A stretch of 64,000 nucleotides of DNA from the human T2T-CHM13v2.0 reference genome, Homo sapiens. Below, piece after piece: positions 1-24,134 of this stretch (position 1 is its first letter; each line of letters opens with the position of its first letter). The stretch lies in assembly GCF_009914755.1 (NCBI RefSeq), contig NC_060932.1; one strand, written 5' to 3'. The notes under the pieces were generated by a model that ran no database searches, was not told where the DNA came from, and was given only the letters and a program-made list of their open reading frames with translations. Both the position numbers and the translations under genes were made by a program.

Positions 1-443
1 GAACGAGACTCCATCTCAAAAAAAAATTTTTTTTAATCAAATAAGTCTGTTTTTTTTTCCCTAAGGAACCAATTCATGACTTTCTTCTCAAAGGTTTCTA
101 TGACCTCCTTTAAAAAATAAAGTACCTCTTCGAAGGCAAAAACTGAGAACATGACATTCCTTCTACAGAGGTGGTCTGTTAATGAATTACACACACACAC
201 ACACAGTTTTGCTTAGGAAGTTCTTCTGAGCAAAATTTATGAAAAAATACTTACAAATCAGGACAGACCTGGTACCCTCAAGGCAGATAATGGAACACTT
301 TTGTAGGTTACCAGCTCAACCATTGGCCCAGATTAGTTTAGACTAAAAAGTGATTTCAAGGTCACTATTAGATGTCCCTGGGAGCCCTGAGGAAGGAAGG
401 TAGACCAGTAGACACTGCTAGATTTCAAGCCAAACAGATCTAA

Positions 444-607
<164 letters not shown>

Positions 608-744
608 TAATTTTTGTATTTTTAGTAGAGACAAGGTTTCACCATGTTGGCCAGGTTGGTCTCGAACTCCTGACCTCAGGTGATCCACCCACCTCGGCCT
701 CCCAAAGTGTTGGGATTACAGGCGTGAGCCACTGCGCCCAGCCC

Positions 745-1270
745 AGATCTAAATTTCAGTTGTTTCTGCTACTTAACTACGTGGCCTTACTTGGATTTAG
801 ATTAGTTAGATTTGGCCGGGTGCACTGGCTCACGCCCATAATCCCAGCACTTTGGGAGGCCGAGGTGGGTGGATCACCTGAGGTCAGGAGTTTGAGACCA
901 GCCTGGCCAACATGGTGAAACCCTGTCTCTACTAAAAATACAAAAATTAGCCAGGAGTGTTGGTGTGGCTGTAGTCCCAGCTACTCCAGAGGCTGAGGCA
1001 GGAGAATTGCTTGCTCGAACCCGGGAGGTGGAGGTTGCAGTGAGCCAAGATTGTGCCACTGCACTCCAGCCTGGGCGACAGAATGAGAATCTGTCTTAAA
1101 AAAAAATTAGTTAGATTTAACCTATCATTGCATCTTTTTTCCTCATTTGTTAAATATTCCATACTAATAGATCTATCTACACAGAGTTGCAGTGAGATCT
1201 AAATAAGATAATGTATGTCAGACACCTAGGACAGTTCATATACATAGTAGGCTCAGCAAATGGAAACATT
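745..1270 (-). mobile_element. MIR fragment split by an Alu
   Basis: 'ctgctacttaactacgtggcctta...ttcctcatttgttaaat...gttgcagtgagatctaaataagataatgtatgt' resembles the MIR core. The Alu at 814-1107 is flanked by the duplication ttagttagattt. Confidence 0.7.
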
Positions 1271-1333
1271 TACTTGTCTGGTGCTATGTTCCAGTTTTTT
1301 TTTTTGTTTTTGTTTTTGTTTTTGTTTTTTTGA

Positions 1334-1606
<273 letters not shown>

Positions 1607-1614
1607 TAATACTT

Positions 1615-1765
1615 GAATCACACTATAGGGTAAATTATAATATCCCTGTTATCTAGATGAGGACACTGGGGCTCAAACACCTGAGGTAAGGACTGAAGCT
1701 GATACTGAAACCCCGGTCTTCTGACTTGGATTCCATTGTTCTTTCCACTATACCACTGCTGCCAT
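1615..1765 (+). mobile_element. MIR fragment
   Basis: 'tatccctgttatctagatgaggacactggggctca...ggtcttctgact...ctttccactataccac' MIR core. Confidence 0.7.
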
Positions 1766-1938
1766 CTAGAAGTTAATAATTTAGAAGGAACAGACTATTC
1801 AAAGCCAATAGAGAAAAAAATTATATGATAAATGGAAGAAGAGTAATGTGGAGGTTGAAGGAGGAAGTGATTCCAGCCAAGAGAATTAAGAAAAGTCACT
1901 CAAGCTGAGCTTTCTTTTTTTTTTTTTTTTTTTTTTGA

Positions 1939-2224
<286 letters not shown>

Positions 2225-3114
2225 TGAGCTTTCAAGAATGTTCTGAGCAAATAGAATACCTGGCTTAAATCTAATCTTTTTAGAATTGCCCCCAAACAGA
2301 TCACACCATACCCATAGTTTGCCTTGCTTCTCTTTCTTCCAAATATCTCCTTTGTCTTTTCATTATGCTTTTATCCTGCTTTCAACTCGATTCACCCATT
2401 CCTAGTTTCCTAGGACTGAGACTTTTTCTCCTGGTTGAAAGTTGGTCTGCTTCCTCTAGACAGCCTATTGGGAAACTGCCTCTCTGGTCTTTGATAATCA
2501 TCTTGGCTTTGCTACCTTTTTGTTGTCCCAGATGGCATATTAGGAAGACTTTTCCTCTCCCAGGGCTGTAACACCTTGGTGGGTCACACTTTGAACAGAG
2601 AAAAACAAGTAAAAGCATGGAGTTGTGAAAGACCATCACATGTGTGGGGGCTGAAGAAATACAGATAATGGAGATAAGCAGGGGTCAACAGAAGCTCTTT
2701 GAAGAGTCAAAGTGCAATACAACCTTAGAAAACAGACTCCTTTTTAAAGGGAGCTCCTTTCTAATAATTTGAACTAATTCTCCCTTTGAGGACAGCTAGA
2801 AAAGTTAGGCAAAATATTTCTTCAAATTTGCTTAATGGCACAAGAAAGCTAGCAAAATAATGATGGATTACCAAACCAGGGTCCAAGGGATGAATAAGCC
2901 CCAAGTGAGTCCTCTGTTTGGAGCCACTTTTCCCCTGGGATGCGTGTCAATTCCAGAAATACAAACTGAGAAGCTGAAGTAGAGCAGGTCTGACAGGTAC
3001 TTGGGGCTAAGATAACAGGGATTGATGTCTAGTTTCACCCAATGCAGTGGGGAGTGCTAACGAACCCCTCTTACTCAGTGTTCAGACCTGAGGGACTGCC
3101 TCCCTGAAATAGGC

Positions 3115-3430
3115 CATATCTGAGATTTGGTTTCCCCAAAAGCAGAGCTTGAGAGAAGGATTTGGCTGTAAATCGTTTATTTAGGAGGTGATTGCAGGAA
3201 GCACTGTGTGGGAATGGAGAAATGTATAAGGGTGGGAGAAATGCCAATAAAAGGTGGGCTGATAAGTGTTTTACTACCACAGGCAACTGGGACCCAATCC
3301 CACTGGGAACCCTCTGAGAGACCAGGACATACCTGAGAATTAACCTACTGAGGAGGGAGGAAGCTAGGGGTATTTATCCATGAACCCCATCTCACAGTAG
3401 TTAAGGGTTGCTCCTAGGTTGTTTAACTAG
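3115..3430. mobile_element. ERVL solo LTR fragment (LTR33/LTR16-like)
   Basis: 'ttccccaaaagcagagcttgagagaaggatttgg...gtttatttaggaggtgattgcaggaagcac' resembles the recalled LTR33-type terminus. Confidence 0.6.
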
Positions 3431-3613
3431 CTAAGCTGTTAATAGCTAGGTTAATGTCCAACAAAAATTCATTGTCTTACATACAAAAAAAGAATTAGGA
3501 CTTGAACATTTTTAAACACCATTTAAAATAATATTAAAAACGATTAAATATCTAATATATAAGAACAACCAATAAAAGATGCCAAAGCCGGTACACAGAT
3601 TTAAAATGTTTTT

Positions 3614-3771
3614 GAGGAGCTTCCAGACTGCTGACGACGTGGAGGTGCTGGTAGAGTGGCATGAACACAGAAGGCATGGAAGCTCCTCACACTTCTCTCC
3701 CATACCTAGTCCTATGCATCTCTTCCATCCAGCTCTTCCTGGGTTGTATCCATTAGGATAAACTGGTAAAC
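3614..3771 (+). mobile_element. MER21-family LTR fragment at the 5' end of the retrocopy
   Basis: 'gagcttccag...ggaggtgctgg...ggcatggaagctc...cccatacct...ctatgcatctcttccatc...gttgtatcc...ataaactggtaaac' matches the recalled MER21B/C consensus and stops abruptly at 3771. Confidence 0.75.
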
Positions 3772-4235
3772 ACCTCTTGGGTTCCAAGAGAAGGAAGAGG
3801 ACACATACTGCTCTTCAGATCCGTATACTGATCCCCACTACAACCAGTGAACCGGAACATTGAATCTGGATAGGGGGCCCTGGTGACTAAGATGGCACGC
3901 TCTAAAGATCTAGGGCACTCTCTTGGCCCTGTTTTGCATCCTATGCAGGCTGTGTGTACACAGCAAGGATATTTCCTGGAGGGAATTCATGAAACAGCAC
4001 TACCTAAGTCCAAGCCAAGAATTCAGAAAATACAAATGCAACGTCCTCATGAGGGAAAAAGAAGCTCTGAAAGACAAGAGCTCTTGGGTGTTCATCTATA
4101 CCTCATGGTACAAATGGAGCATATATGCGTCAATGACAACTGAAATGACCGCTACAGAAATGTATGTATATAGGCCCAGAATGCCCTGAAAGAACTCAGT
4201 TGTCACCAGGAGAATTCAAAAAAAAGCAACACATT

Positions 4236-4826
<591 letters not shown>

Positions 4827-6533
4827 CTACCCAGAGAGCAGAAGTTTCAACTACATTGAATTCCACTAACGCGGATGAGTAGGTTGATAGCACAGAGGAC
4901 CTGAAGATGATGAGCCTGTCAACTACTAGAAGGTCTACCCACATCCCCAAATTTTGCTACAGTATTCTGTGCTTGCCAAGCAGTGGCCCCGTCTACATCA
5001 TTCGCCCCTGCCACTCTCTCCTTTGCATTTATGTATCAATGTTTTCAAACTACTTAGAGTTATGTATCACATGGTCTCTTGATACCATACCTTTGCCTGT
5101 GTTGTTTCTCTGCCTGGAATACACTTCTGTCCTATTTACCTAATTTACTCCTACTTTTTTTCCCCAAGATTCAGCTTATATGCCATCTCTTCTTGACTAA
5201 CCCAAGACTTTTTCTGATAACAATTCTCCTTATATCTACCCAAGCTGAATGATCTTCCCTTCCTTTAAATAAATTATATTATATCAAAAAGAATTTTTCT
5301 TTAGAGAAATCAAAGATGATCTAAATACATGGAGGGATCAGGCATGATGGCTCACACCTATAATCCCAGCACTTTGGGAGGAGGAGGCAGGAGGATCGCT
5401 TGAGCCCACGAGTTCAAGGCCAGCCTAGGCAACATAATGACACCCATCTTTATTTAAAAAAAAATTTTTTAAATAAAAAATAGGCCGGGTGCAGTGGCTC
5501 ATACCTGTAACTCCCGCACTTTGGGAAGCCAAGACAGGCAAATCACCTGAGGTCAGGAGTTCAAGACCAGCGTGGCCAACATGGTGAAACCCCATCTCTA
5601 CTAAAAATACAAAAATTAGCTTGGTGTGGTGGTGCACACCTGTAATCCCAGCTACATGAGAAGCTGAGGCAGGAGAAATGCTTGAACAGAAAAGACACAG
5701 AAAAAGATGTTCATAGCAGCATTCTTTGTAAAAGCCCCAAACTGTAAATAATCCAAATAACCATCAAAAATAGAATATTATGGCATGTTCATGCAGTGTA
5801 ATACCATGCAGTAATACATACGAATGAACCAAAGCTCTTTGCAAAACCTGAATGAATCTCACAAAAATAATGTTGAATAAAATAAATCAGAAATGTTACA
5901 ATTTCATTGATATAAGCTTCAAAAACCAGCAAAGTGACACTCTGTTGTTACGGATGCATGTTTAGGGAGCAAAACTAAGAAAAGCAAATGAGGTTACCTT
6001 AAGGGGTAGCAGTTACTTTATGGGGGAGGAAGGAGTATCCATTAGAAAGTAGCACAAGGGGAATCTCTGGAGTGCTGACAGTGATCTATTTTTTGACCTG
6101 GGTGTTGGTTACAGGGTGTTCATTTATTATCATTTACTTGGCTGTACATTTTTTTTTTTTTTTAGACAGAGTCTCGCTCTGTCACACAGGCTGGAGTACA
6201 GTGGTGTGATCTCGGCTCACTGCAACCTCCACCTCCTGGGTTCAAGTGATTCTCCTGCCTCAGCCTCCTGAGTAGCTGGGATTACAGATGCCCGCCACCA
6301 CGCCCAGCTAATTTTTTGTATTTTAGTAGGGATGGGGTTTCGCCATGTTGGCCAGGCTGGTCTCGAACTGCTGACCTTGAGTGATTGACCCACCTTGGCC
6401 TCCAAAAGTGCTGGGATTACAGGCGTGAGCCACTGCTCCCAGCCTTAGCTGTACATTTTTGTTTTGCATAATTTTCTATATGTGTGCTAAATTTCACTAT
6501 GAGAAACGATTTTTGGCTGGGCACAGTGGCTCA

Positions 6534-6818
<285 letters not shown>

Positions 6819-7108
6819 TTACGGTGGCTCATGCTTGTAAATTTAGCACTTTGGGAGTCTGAGGCGGCTGGATTGCTTGATTTCAGGAGTTGGAGACCAG
6901 CCTGGGCAACATGGCGAAACCCCGTCTCTACCAAAAACACCGAAAATTAGCCCGGCATGGTGGTGAACGCCTGTAGACCCAGCTACTGGGGATGCTGACA
7001 TGGGAGGATCACTTGAGCCTGGGAGGTGAACTGAGGTTGTGTCACTGTACTCCATCCTGGGTAACAGAGTGAGACTGTCTCAAAAAAAAAAAAAAAGATA
7101 AAAATAAT

Positions 7109-7228
7109 GTTTTGTATGAAAGGAGAGAACGTCAGCACTCCTCTTGACAAGGATGGAAGAGGCTCTCAGACCTGACAACATGCATGAAGTTAAGGCATTG
7201 CCACCTACTTCATGGCATCTAAACATGT
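7109..7228 (+). pseudogene. U6atac minor-spliceosome snRNA pseudogene (RNU6ATAC-like copy)
   Basis: gttttgtatgaaaggagagaacgtcagcactcctcttgacaaggatggaagaggctctcagacctgacaacatgcatgaagttaaggcattgccacctacttcatggcatctaaacatg aligns end to end with recalled U6atac at about 13 substitutions. It is preceded by an Alu tail rather than a PSE/TATA promoter. Confidence 0.93.
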
Positions 7229-7264
7229 TGTTGTGGTGGTTGTTTTTTAAAGACAGAGCCTACT

Positions 7265-9013
<1,749 letters not shown>

Positions 9014-9185
9014 AGGCCGGGCACAGCGGCTCATGCCTGTAATCCCAGCACTTTGGGAGGCCGAGGCAGGTGGATCACCTGAGGTTGGGAGTTCGAGACC
9101 AGCCTGGCCAACATGGAGAAACCCCGTCTCTACTAAAAATACAAAATTAACCGGGCATGGTGGCACATGCCTGTAATCCCAGCTA

Positions 9186-9545
<360 letters not shown>

Positions 9546-9568
9546 ATCTTTTTTTTTTTTTTTTTTGA

Positions 9569-9691
<123 letters not shown>

Positions 9692-9814
9692 TGAACTTAG
9701 TAATTGCTTGAACTTAGGAGGCAGAGGTTGCAGTGAGCCAAGATCGTGCCACTGCACTCCAGTCTGGGTAACAGAGCAAGACATTGTCTCAAAAAACAAA
9801 ACAAAGAAAAAAAA

Positions 9815-9915
9815 TGTATGTATATACACACAAACACACACATATATATATATATGTATACATATATATACACATATACACATATATATACATATATATA
9901 CACGTATATATATAT
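9815..9915. repeat. (TA/CA)n compound microsatellite
   Basis: tatatacaca/catatatata runs after an Alu tail. Confidence 0.95.
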
Positions 9916-10491
9916 GACTGTATGCCAAGCACTGTTACAGATACATGCAATGAGATAAGTAAAGTTTCTGCCAGCCTCATGGGGCTTACAGTCAGTGACA
10001 AGAGAGGTAAGATTTCAGATACTTCAACAAGAGGTTAAGTAACTTGCCCAAAGTCACACAGTAAGTAGTAGAGTCATTATGGAAAGCAAGATCAATCCCA
10101 TGGGACCCTAGTGGTCATTTAACCTAATGTCCTCTTTTCACATAAGAATCTGAGGCTCAGGGAGGCTAAATTGCTCAGTATCACCTGACTTGTTACATAC
10201 TGCCACAAATATAAAAGTGTCTGAAGTGTGGGAGTGCAAGGGGACCCTAGGTTCTCAAGGTCAATCCATCTGAGACCTCTTTCAACTAGCTTAATGCGCC
10301 TTGGCACCTTAAGATGCTCTCAGAAATATAAAAAGACCTCCAAGATGCATTAACAATTGTTTGTCGCTGTTTGCCACCTGCTAGGCATTGTGCCATGCAC
10401 TGAGAACCTGGCAATGACCAAGACAGTTGCAGTTCATGCCCCGTGGGTGTATGGAATCTGGTGGTGCCCAAGTGCAGGTTTGATAGCTATT

Positions 10492-10651
10492 CCAGTGGCT
10501 ACCTAAGACTCATCTTTGGAGACAAAGATACCTACAGATTTCTGGGCCCCTCCACACTACTGTGATTCCATTGATCTGGAGTCAGCCTGGAATCTGTGTT
10601 TTTGACGCTTTGCAGGTGTTTCTAGTGTACCAGTGATTTGAGGAACCACTG
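10492..10651. mobile_element. MER5-type hAT MITE
   Basis: cagtggct...gatttctgggcccc...ctggaatctgtgttttt...gaggaaccactg, with terminal inverted CAGTGG/CCACTG. Confidence 0.7.
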
Positions 10652-10819
10652 ACCTGCTATACCCCACCACTTGGCTTTATTTTTTTTTCTTTTTATTATT
10701 TATTTAATTACTTATTTATTTTTACAACTTGACTGTTAGAGCTGAGAAAAGCAAGACTAAGAGAGACTTACGCAATCCCACAACCAGATCAAATATGTTT
10801 AATGCCCAGACCACAGGGC

Positions 10820-12034
<1,215 letters not shown>

Positions 12035-12377
12035 TTAAAGACATGGTAAAACCCGTGAATATAAAGAATCAAATACCCACTTCCACACAAAGATTCATGC
12101 CATAGCCACTGCCCTAAACACCCTTCCTGCCATTGGTTGCCCTGCCAAAAGCTACCTGTCCTCACTCCCTGACCCCACTGCTACTCCCCTCTATGACGTT
12201 ATTCTCTTCTCCGCAGTTAGGAGAGATGGCTCCCACCCCTGATTCCATGGCTCACTCTTTATAGGTCTTCTCTTTTTCTCTATTATTATTATTTTTTTCT
12301 TTTGAGGCGGGGTCTCAAAAGGAGTGCAGTAGCACAATCACAGCTCACTGCAGCCTTAACTGTCTGAGCTCAAGTGA

Positions 12378-12716
<339 letters not shown>

Positions 12717-12983
12717 TGAGCCACCATGCCCAGCCTAATTAATTTTTTTATTTTTTGTATAGACAGGGTCTTGTTATGTTGCCCCGACTGGTCTCGAACC
12801 CCTAGTCTCAAGCCATCCCCCTGCCTTGGCCTTCCATTCCTCTACTTTATACCACGGTTATTCACCAAGCTTGTCTTTGTTCAGTGTACTTCCTCATGGA
12901 AAAACTGAGGTGATATTTACCCTGGTTTTTCTACCAGTGTGTAACTGTCGCTAGTACCAGCTCAAAAAATAAGAAATGAATAA

Positions 12984-13121
<138 letters not shown>

Positions 13122-14389
13122 TAGGGTTATGTAAGGCTGTAGTAAATTGTCACAAGGAACAAATTTAGGGATTAAAGTACAGTTTAGTTCTGGGGTGAGC
13201 TACCTGCCAAAGTAGGGTTCCTGTCCTAGGGGCATCTTTTAGCTCCATCTCACAAAGACAAAACTTTCACTGTGAGGGGCCAGCCTGTTTATTCAACATG
13301 ACCAAACTCCATGCTGCTGTCTCCCCTGCTCCGCTCCGCCTGCCAGGGGCTATCAGCTGAGTACATGACCAGCTCACAGCAGCTCTAGAGCCGGCTTTGG
13401 CCTGCCCCATTGCTGTATGGTACAGAAAACTCCCACTCTGCCCATCCAAACAAATCCTCAGTGGACACCTGTCAGCCCCTTCTCTGTGGAAATGGTGCGC
13501 AGCTGCTGGCCACATTTCCCAAGGCTGCCTGTGTGTACTTGGAAAGCGCGGGTTCCTTCTCATCTATCTTTTCTGTAGAAGAAACAGTCCCTTCAGCTTT
13601 TCCTGATAGGCCTCATTTTCCAGCCACTGAAGTTGCTACCAGAGCTCTACATTGGACCCAGGCTGGCTAAGTCTATATGATTCCGGAGTTGATTATTCCA
13701 GTTTGTGAATTATCCAGGCCTTTTGCTCCCCAACCTCTGCCACGCCCCTCCCCCCACCCCCCCATTCTCTCTACTTCTGCTGTTTACGTGTCAGGAAATT
13801 TTAGTGCTCAGTAACATCTCCCTCAGTGTCTGGGAAGAATACCAATACTTAGATTTGTTTGGTGCTTTGCAGTCTACAAAATGACATTTCATGCACAAAC
13901 TTACTTTAGCCTCCTAAAAGTCCTGCAGAGTAGATTGCATTATTCTCTTTTCCAGCTAAGCAGTGATAAATGACTTGTCTGTGATCACACAATCAGCAAG
14001 TACAATTGGGCCTTGAACTCAGCTCACAATTCTCTGTCCAGTGTTATCACTATCAAACCCACGGGGAATGCAAATTTTCCAATTTTGCTATCCATTAGAA
14101 GTCATGGAAAGAGCTGGTTGGGAGACGGTTTTCCTGATACTTACGATGAGGTTGATTTAATTCTGTCTGCCTCAGTGGCTGGAACACTTCACTTTGGCAG
14201 CCAGGCTGGAGGGCAGTGGATCCCTTGAGGGGTCCACAGATTCAACAACCGTATGCATGGACCCCAAATGGATACACTTTCTGAGAAGTGTATTTTTTAA
14301 AATTGTCACTCTTGGGGTAATAGTGTGTATCCTGCTGGCATTCTGTCCACTGGATCATGTACTAATCACCCAAACAAACAAAAATCAAC

Positions 14390-14595
14390 ATCTACATCAT
14401 GTTTTACAATTTCTGAAGCATTTTGCACTAACTAACTCTCTGATCTATACATGGAAAGAACCTAACTGTGTGAATATCCCCACTTTACAGATGAGAAAAA
14501 TAAGTCTGAGAGAGCAACTCTGAGTAACTTTCCCAAGGTCACACAATTAGGGACCATTGGGGAAGAGCAGATATTTGACTCCTAATCTTTGGACT
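14390..14595 (+). mobile_element. MIR fragment
   Basis: 'ccccactttacagatgagaaaaataagtctgagag...taactttcccaaggtcacaca'. Confidence 0.75.
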
Positions 14596-14890
14596 AGTTA
14601 TCCATAATATTTATATCCCATATACTGATGCTAATTAACGTGTGTATAGGCCTTTAAAGTTTTATTTTATTTTATTTTTTTGAGACAGAGGAGTCTGTCG
14701 CCACGCTGGAGTGCAGTGACACAATCTCGGCTCACTTACAACCTCTGCCTTCTGGGTTCAAGCGATTCTCCTGCCTCAGCCTCCTGAGTAGCTGGGACTA
14801 CAGGCACGAGCCACCACACCCTGCTAATTTTTGTATTTTTAGTAGAGACGGGGTTTCACCATGTTGGCCAGGATGGTCTTGATCTCTTGA

Positions 14891-15268
<378 letters not shown>

Positions 15269-15358
15269 TAAAGTTTTAATGGACATTTTCACAATATTAG
15301 TTCATTCCATCTTCAACAACACCTTTGAGCAGATACTGTTATTATCCCAATAGTGCAT

Positions 15359-15397
<39 letters not shown>

Positions 15398-16131
15398 GAG
15401 ACTGAGTTTCACTCTTGTTGCCCAGGCTGGAGTGCAGTGGTGTGATCTCAGCTCACCGCAACCTCCTCCTCCGGGTTCAAGCAATTCTCCTGCCACAGCC
15501 TCTCGAGTAGCTGGGATTACAGGCATGCGCCACCACACCCAGCTAATTTTGTATTTTTAGTAGAGACGGGGTTTTGCCATGTTGGTCAGGCTGGTCTCGA
15601 ACTCCCGACCTCAGGTGATCCACCTGCCTCGGCCTCCCATCGTGCTGGGATCACAGGTGTGAGCCAACACCCGGCCCCAATATTGCTTTTAAATTCTCTC
15701 AGATTATCACTACACCCTTTCACCTTGGAGTAGTAAAGACAACTCTCAAAAACATGTATTTATTCTTTCAACAGATGTTTTGAGTACTTAATGTGTAAAA
15801 CCCTACACTCATTACTGTGGTCAGAGCCTATGACTTCTGTATTCCTGATTTTCCTTGGTATTTAGCAGAATCAGAACATCCTACTTGTGATTAGCTAGAA
15901 ACAAGGGCAGACAGACTAACCTAGTATTCTGTAATCAGAAATGGATGATGAGTTTTGCAGAAGGGAAATGACTAGGCAAAATAGGCGGGTGCACAAATGG
16001 CACCAGATGCTTTAATGAGTGGCTGTTTCCACAGACTAGAAATCGGTTTTATGGCCAGGCGTGGTGGCTCATGCCTGTAATCCCAGCACTTTGGGAGGCC
16101 AAGGTGGACGGATCACGAGGTCAGGAGATCA

Positions 16132-16347
<216 letters not shown>

Positions 16348-16695
16348 TCAGTTTTATATGTGCAGTCTATAAAGGACCATTAGCCTAGCCTTGGTCTTTC
16401 AGCCATGTTCACACAGAGATACCAATCATTATGAGTAATGTCATTGTCAAATGCTGAGAATAATATTACAGGACATGGTTATTGAATCAACCAATGATTA
16501 AAGGTTTGCTCTGGCACCTGCCTTGAACTGGCTCAAGTTCTGGAGTTCCCATGCATAGGGAAATCAGTGGTGTATTATTTCAGTGATTAAGAGAAGAGGA
16601 AAAGGTCACACACCTTTTCTTTTTTTATCTTTTCTTCACTTCTTCTGTTTTTACTCTCTTTTCTCTATAGCTACCCAATGAGGGAAGGTTAATGA

Positions 16696-17388
<693 letters not shown>

Positions 17389-17721
17389 TAAAAGAGGTAA
17401 CTGAGCCGGGCGCCGTGGCTCACACCGGTAATCCCAGCACTTTGGGAGGCCAAGGCGGGCAGATTGCCTGAGCTCAGGAGTTCGCGACCAGCCTGGGCAA
17501 CACGGTGAAACCCTGTCTCTACTAAAATACAAAAAATTAGCCAGGCATGGCAGTGGGCACCTGTATTCCTGGCTACTTGGAGGCTGAGGCAGGAGAATTG
17601 CTTTAACCTGGGAGGTGGAGGTTGCAGTGAGCCAAGATCGTGCCACTGCACTCCAGCCTGGGTGACAGAGCGAGACTCCATCTCAAAAAAGAGTGCCATC
17701 TGATTCCAGGCAGGTCCCTAA

Positions 17722-18024
<303 letters not shown>

Positions 18025-18575
18025 TAACTCTTATACATCCCAAAGCTTCAACCTGTCTGTGTCTACCTTCCGCCCCTTTCCTGAGATCCTCTCTTATTTT
18101 CCTCTTGCTTTCCTCTGTTTCTCATGTTACAAAAATCAAAGCTCATCTTTTTCCTTGTCAGTTCCTTTAGTACTAAGCTGGGTCATTTCAATTGATCTAT
18201 ACTAAATGAAGGCAATGTTTCTTGACCTTAATGACAAGAAAATCCCCTTTAACAGAATTGTCAGGCCCACTTTTGAAGTGAATTTCATCCAAAATAAATG
18301 TAAAGCAAATCAAATCAATGCGTTAAAGGCAGCCTTGTAAACTAGGCCCTCCTCTCATTTTAATAAGCCCAATAAAAGGGGTTGTCTCCCCCAGTGCCTG
18401 GGAATCTCTAAAATATGGGTGAGATTTCATGTCAATAAGGGTCATTTGCATTAGGTCTTGCTCTATTGCTCAGGGTGGAGTGCAGTGGTGCGATCTCTGG
18501 TCACTGCAGCCTCAACCTCCTGGATTTAAGTGATTCTCCCACCTCAGCCTCCTGAATAGCTGGGACCACAGGTAG

Positions 18576-18740
<165 letters not shown>

Positions 18741-18784
18741 TAAATTCTAAATGAACTTGCAAAGATGAGAATAAAAGGAGACTT

Positions 18785-19945
<1,161 letters not shown>

Positions 19946-20312
19946 ATTTGGGGTGTTTTCCCTGGAATCTATTCCCTGGGGTGACTTCTGGTACTTTATA
20001 ATTAACAGTAAGTGGAATAAAATATTTAATCCAGGAGATCTGCGATGAGATTTATTGTGTAGGAAGGATGCCAACCAAATTTGGAACTCTTGTCCATATT
20101 CTAGATAGAGGAGTCTTTGTTCTGAAAAATCCAAAGACTCCCGCATCTTGAATATGGAGAAAGAGAAAAAAAAAAAAAAAGAAGGAAGACTAGAACTGCA
20201 TGAATTTCCATTTCTAGAACTATTAGGGGGATAACATAAAAATCTTGCAGCCAGACGTGGTGGCTCACGCCTATAATCCCAGCACTTTGGGGAGGCCAAG
20301 GCGGGGAGATCA

Positions 20313-22330
<2,018 letters not shown>

Positions 22331-23404
22331 AGAATTTTACCAGGATAGTTTGGAAGGAATTTTCCACACCCAGAATGGTCAGTGCACCTGGAGAAGTCCA
22401 GGCTGTGAAGAGGGGAAACTTATTCTTAAATGACAATGAATCCAGAATGGGTCTTCCAAGAGACCAGTCAATGGAATTCCAGGAAAGTCAAGAAGCCTGA
22501 GTAGGGACACAAATGTCTGAGCGCAGGATTTAAGCATGGGATGAATGAACACTTAGTGGCCAAGGTTGTCCAGGAAAGCTGTTTCTCCAAGCTGTTTGCA
22601 GTCCATTCAATTAGCATTTGAAATGTATGTGCTATCTACTATTTTCGATCACACTTCAAAAGTAGCATTTAATTCTGATTTTAAAATAATATATATCAAA
22701 TGTAGAACATTCTAGAAATTCAGAAAATATAAAGAATAATTCAACTTCTTAATGTAATTATACGGTTAGAGCATCTCTACTATATTTTAAGTGTTACACC
22801 AACTCAGCAGTATGTCCTGAAAACTACCTGCTGTGGAACTTTGCATTCAAATGCAGTGAGAGAGGAAATTCCTGCAGTAACTCCACCTTATCCCAGGAGG
22901 TGCCTCCCAACCTCCATTGTGAGTAGAAAAGCATAAAAACAAAGGGTCATAATTCAGAGGACGAGTTTAGCCATCTCAGTAAAATCTGAGGGTTTTGAAC
23001 TGGAAATCAAGTTCACAAATGCAGAGAGCCTTTCCACGTCCTAATCGCACAAGGAAAATAAAAATAATGTAAAAAAAATGTAAATAAAAGCATTACATTG
23101 TTCATGCAGTCTTCTCTTAGTGTGTATTCTCTTAAATACAGTATTCCACTTTCATACTGATTTTTCCGCCTATTATAGTTAAACAACAGTTCTATGCTAG
23201 GTCATTTGTGGTCCATTTATCACTTGATTTGTTTAGTTTTCTTATGAGACATTTTGCTACCTACAGAAGTGATTGTCAATGCTATCCTAACCTCCCTAAG
23301 CCGCAATGTCCTCATTGTGTTATAGAGATGATTGTACCTAGTGCATTGAGTTACTTGAAATATAAATAAACTTATTTTATATATATAACCTGGCATTTAA
23401 TTAA

Positions 23405-23764
<360 letters not shown>

Positions 23765-23858
23765 TGATCCTCCTGCCTCGGCCTTCCAAACTGCTGGGAT
23801 TACAGGCGTGAGCCACTGTGCCCAGCCGACTAATTTTATTTAACTCCACAAGTGCTAA

Positions 23859-24134
<276 letters not shown>

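Noticed and set aside
3883-4189. ORFs 3883-4143 and 3923-4189 as a functional secreted protein
   Set aside because: They are frameshifted pieces of the EDDM3 pseudogene, which has an early stop in the signal peptide and Alus inside the CDS.
13267-13670. Overlapping non-repeat ORFs on both strands
   Set aside because: No recognisable protein family or convincing exon pair. Lengths are as expected by chance in GC-richer DNA.
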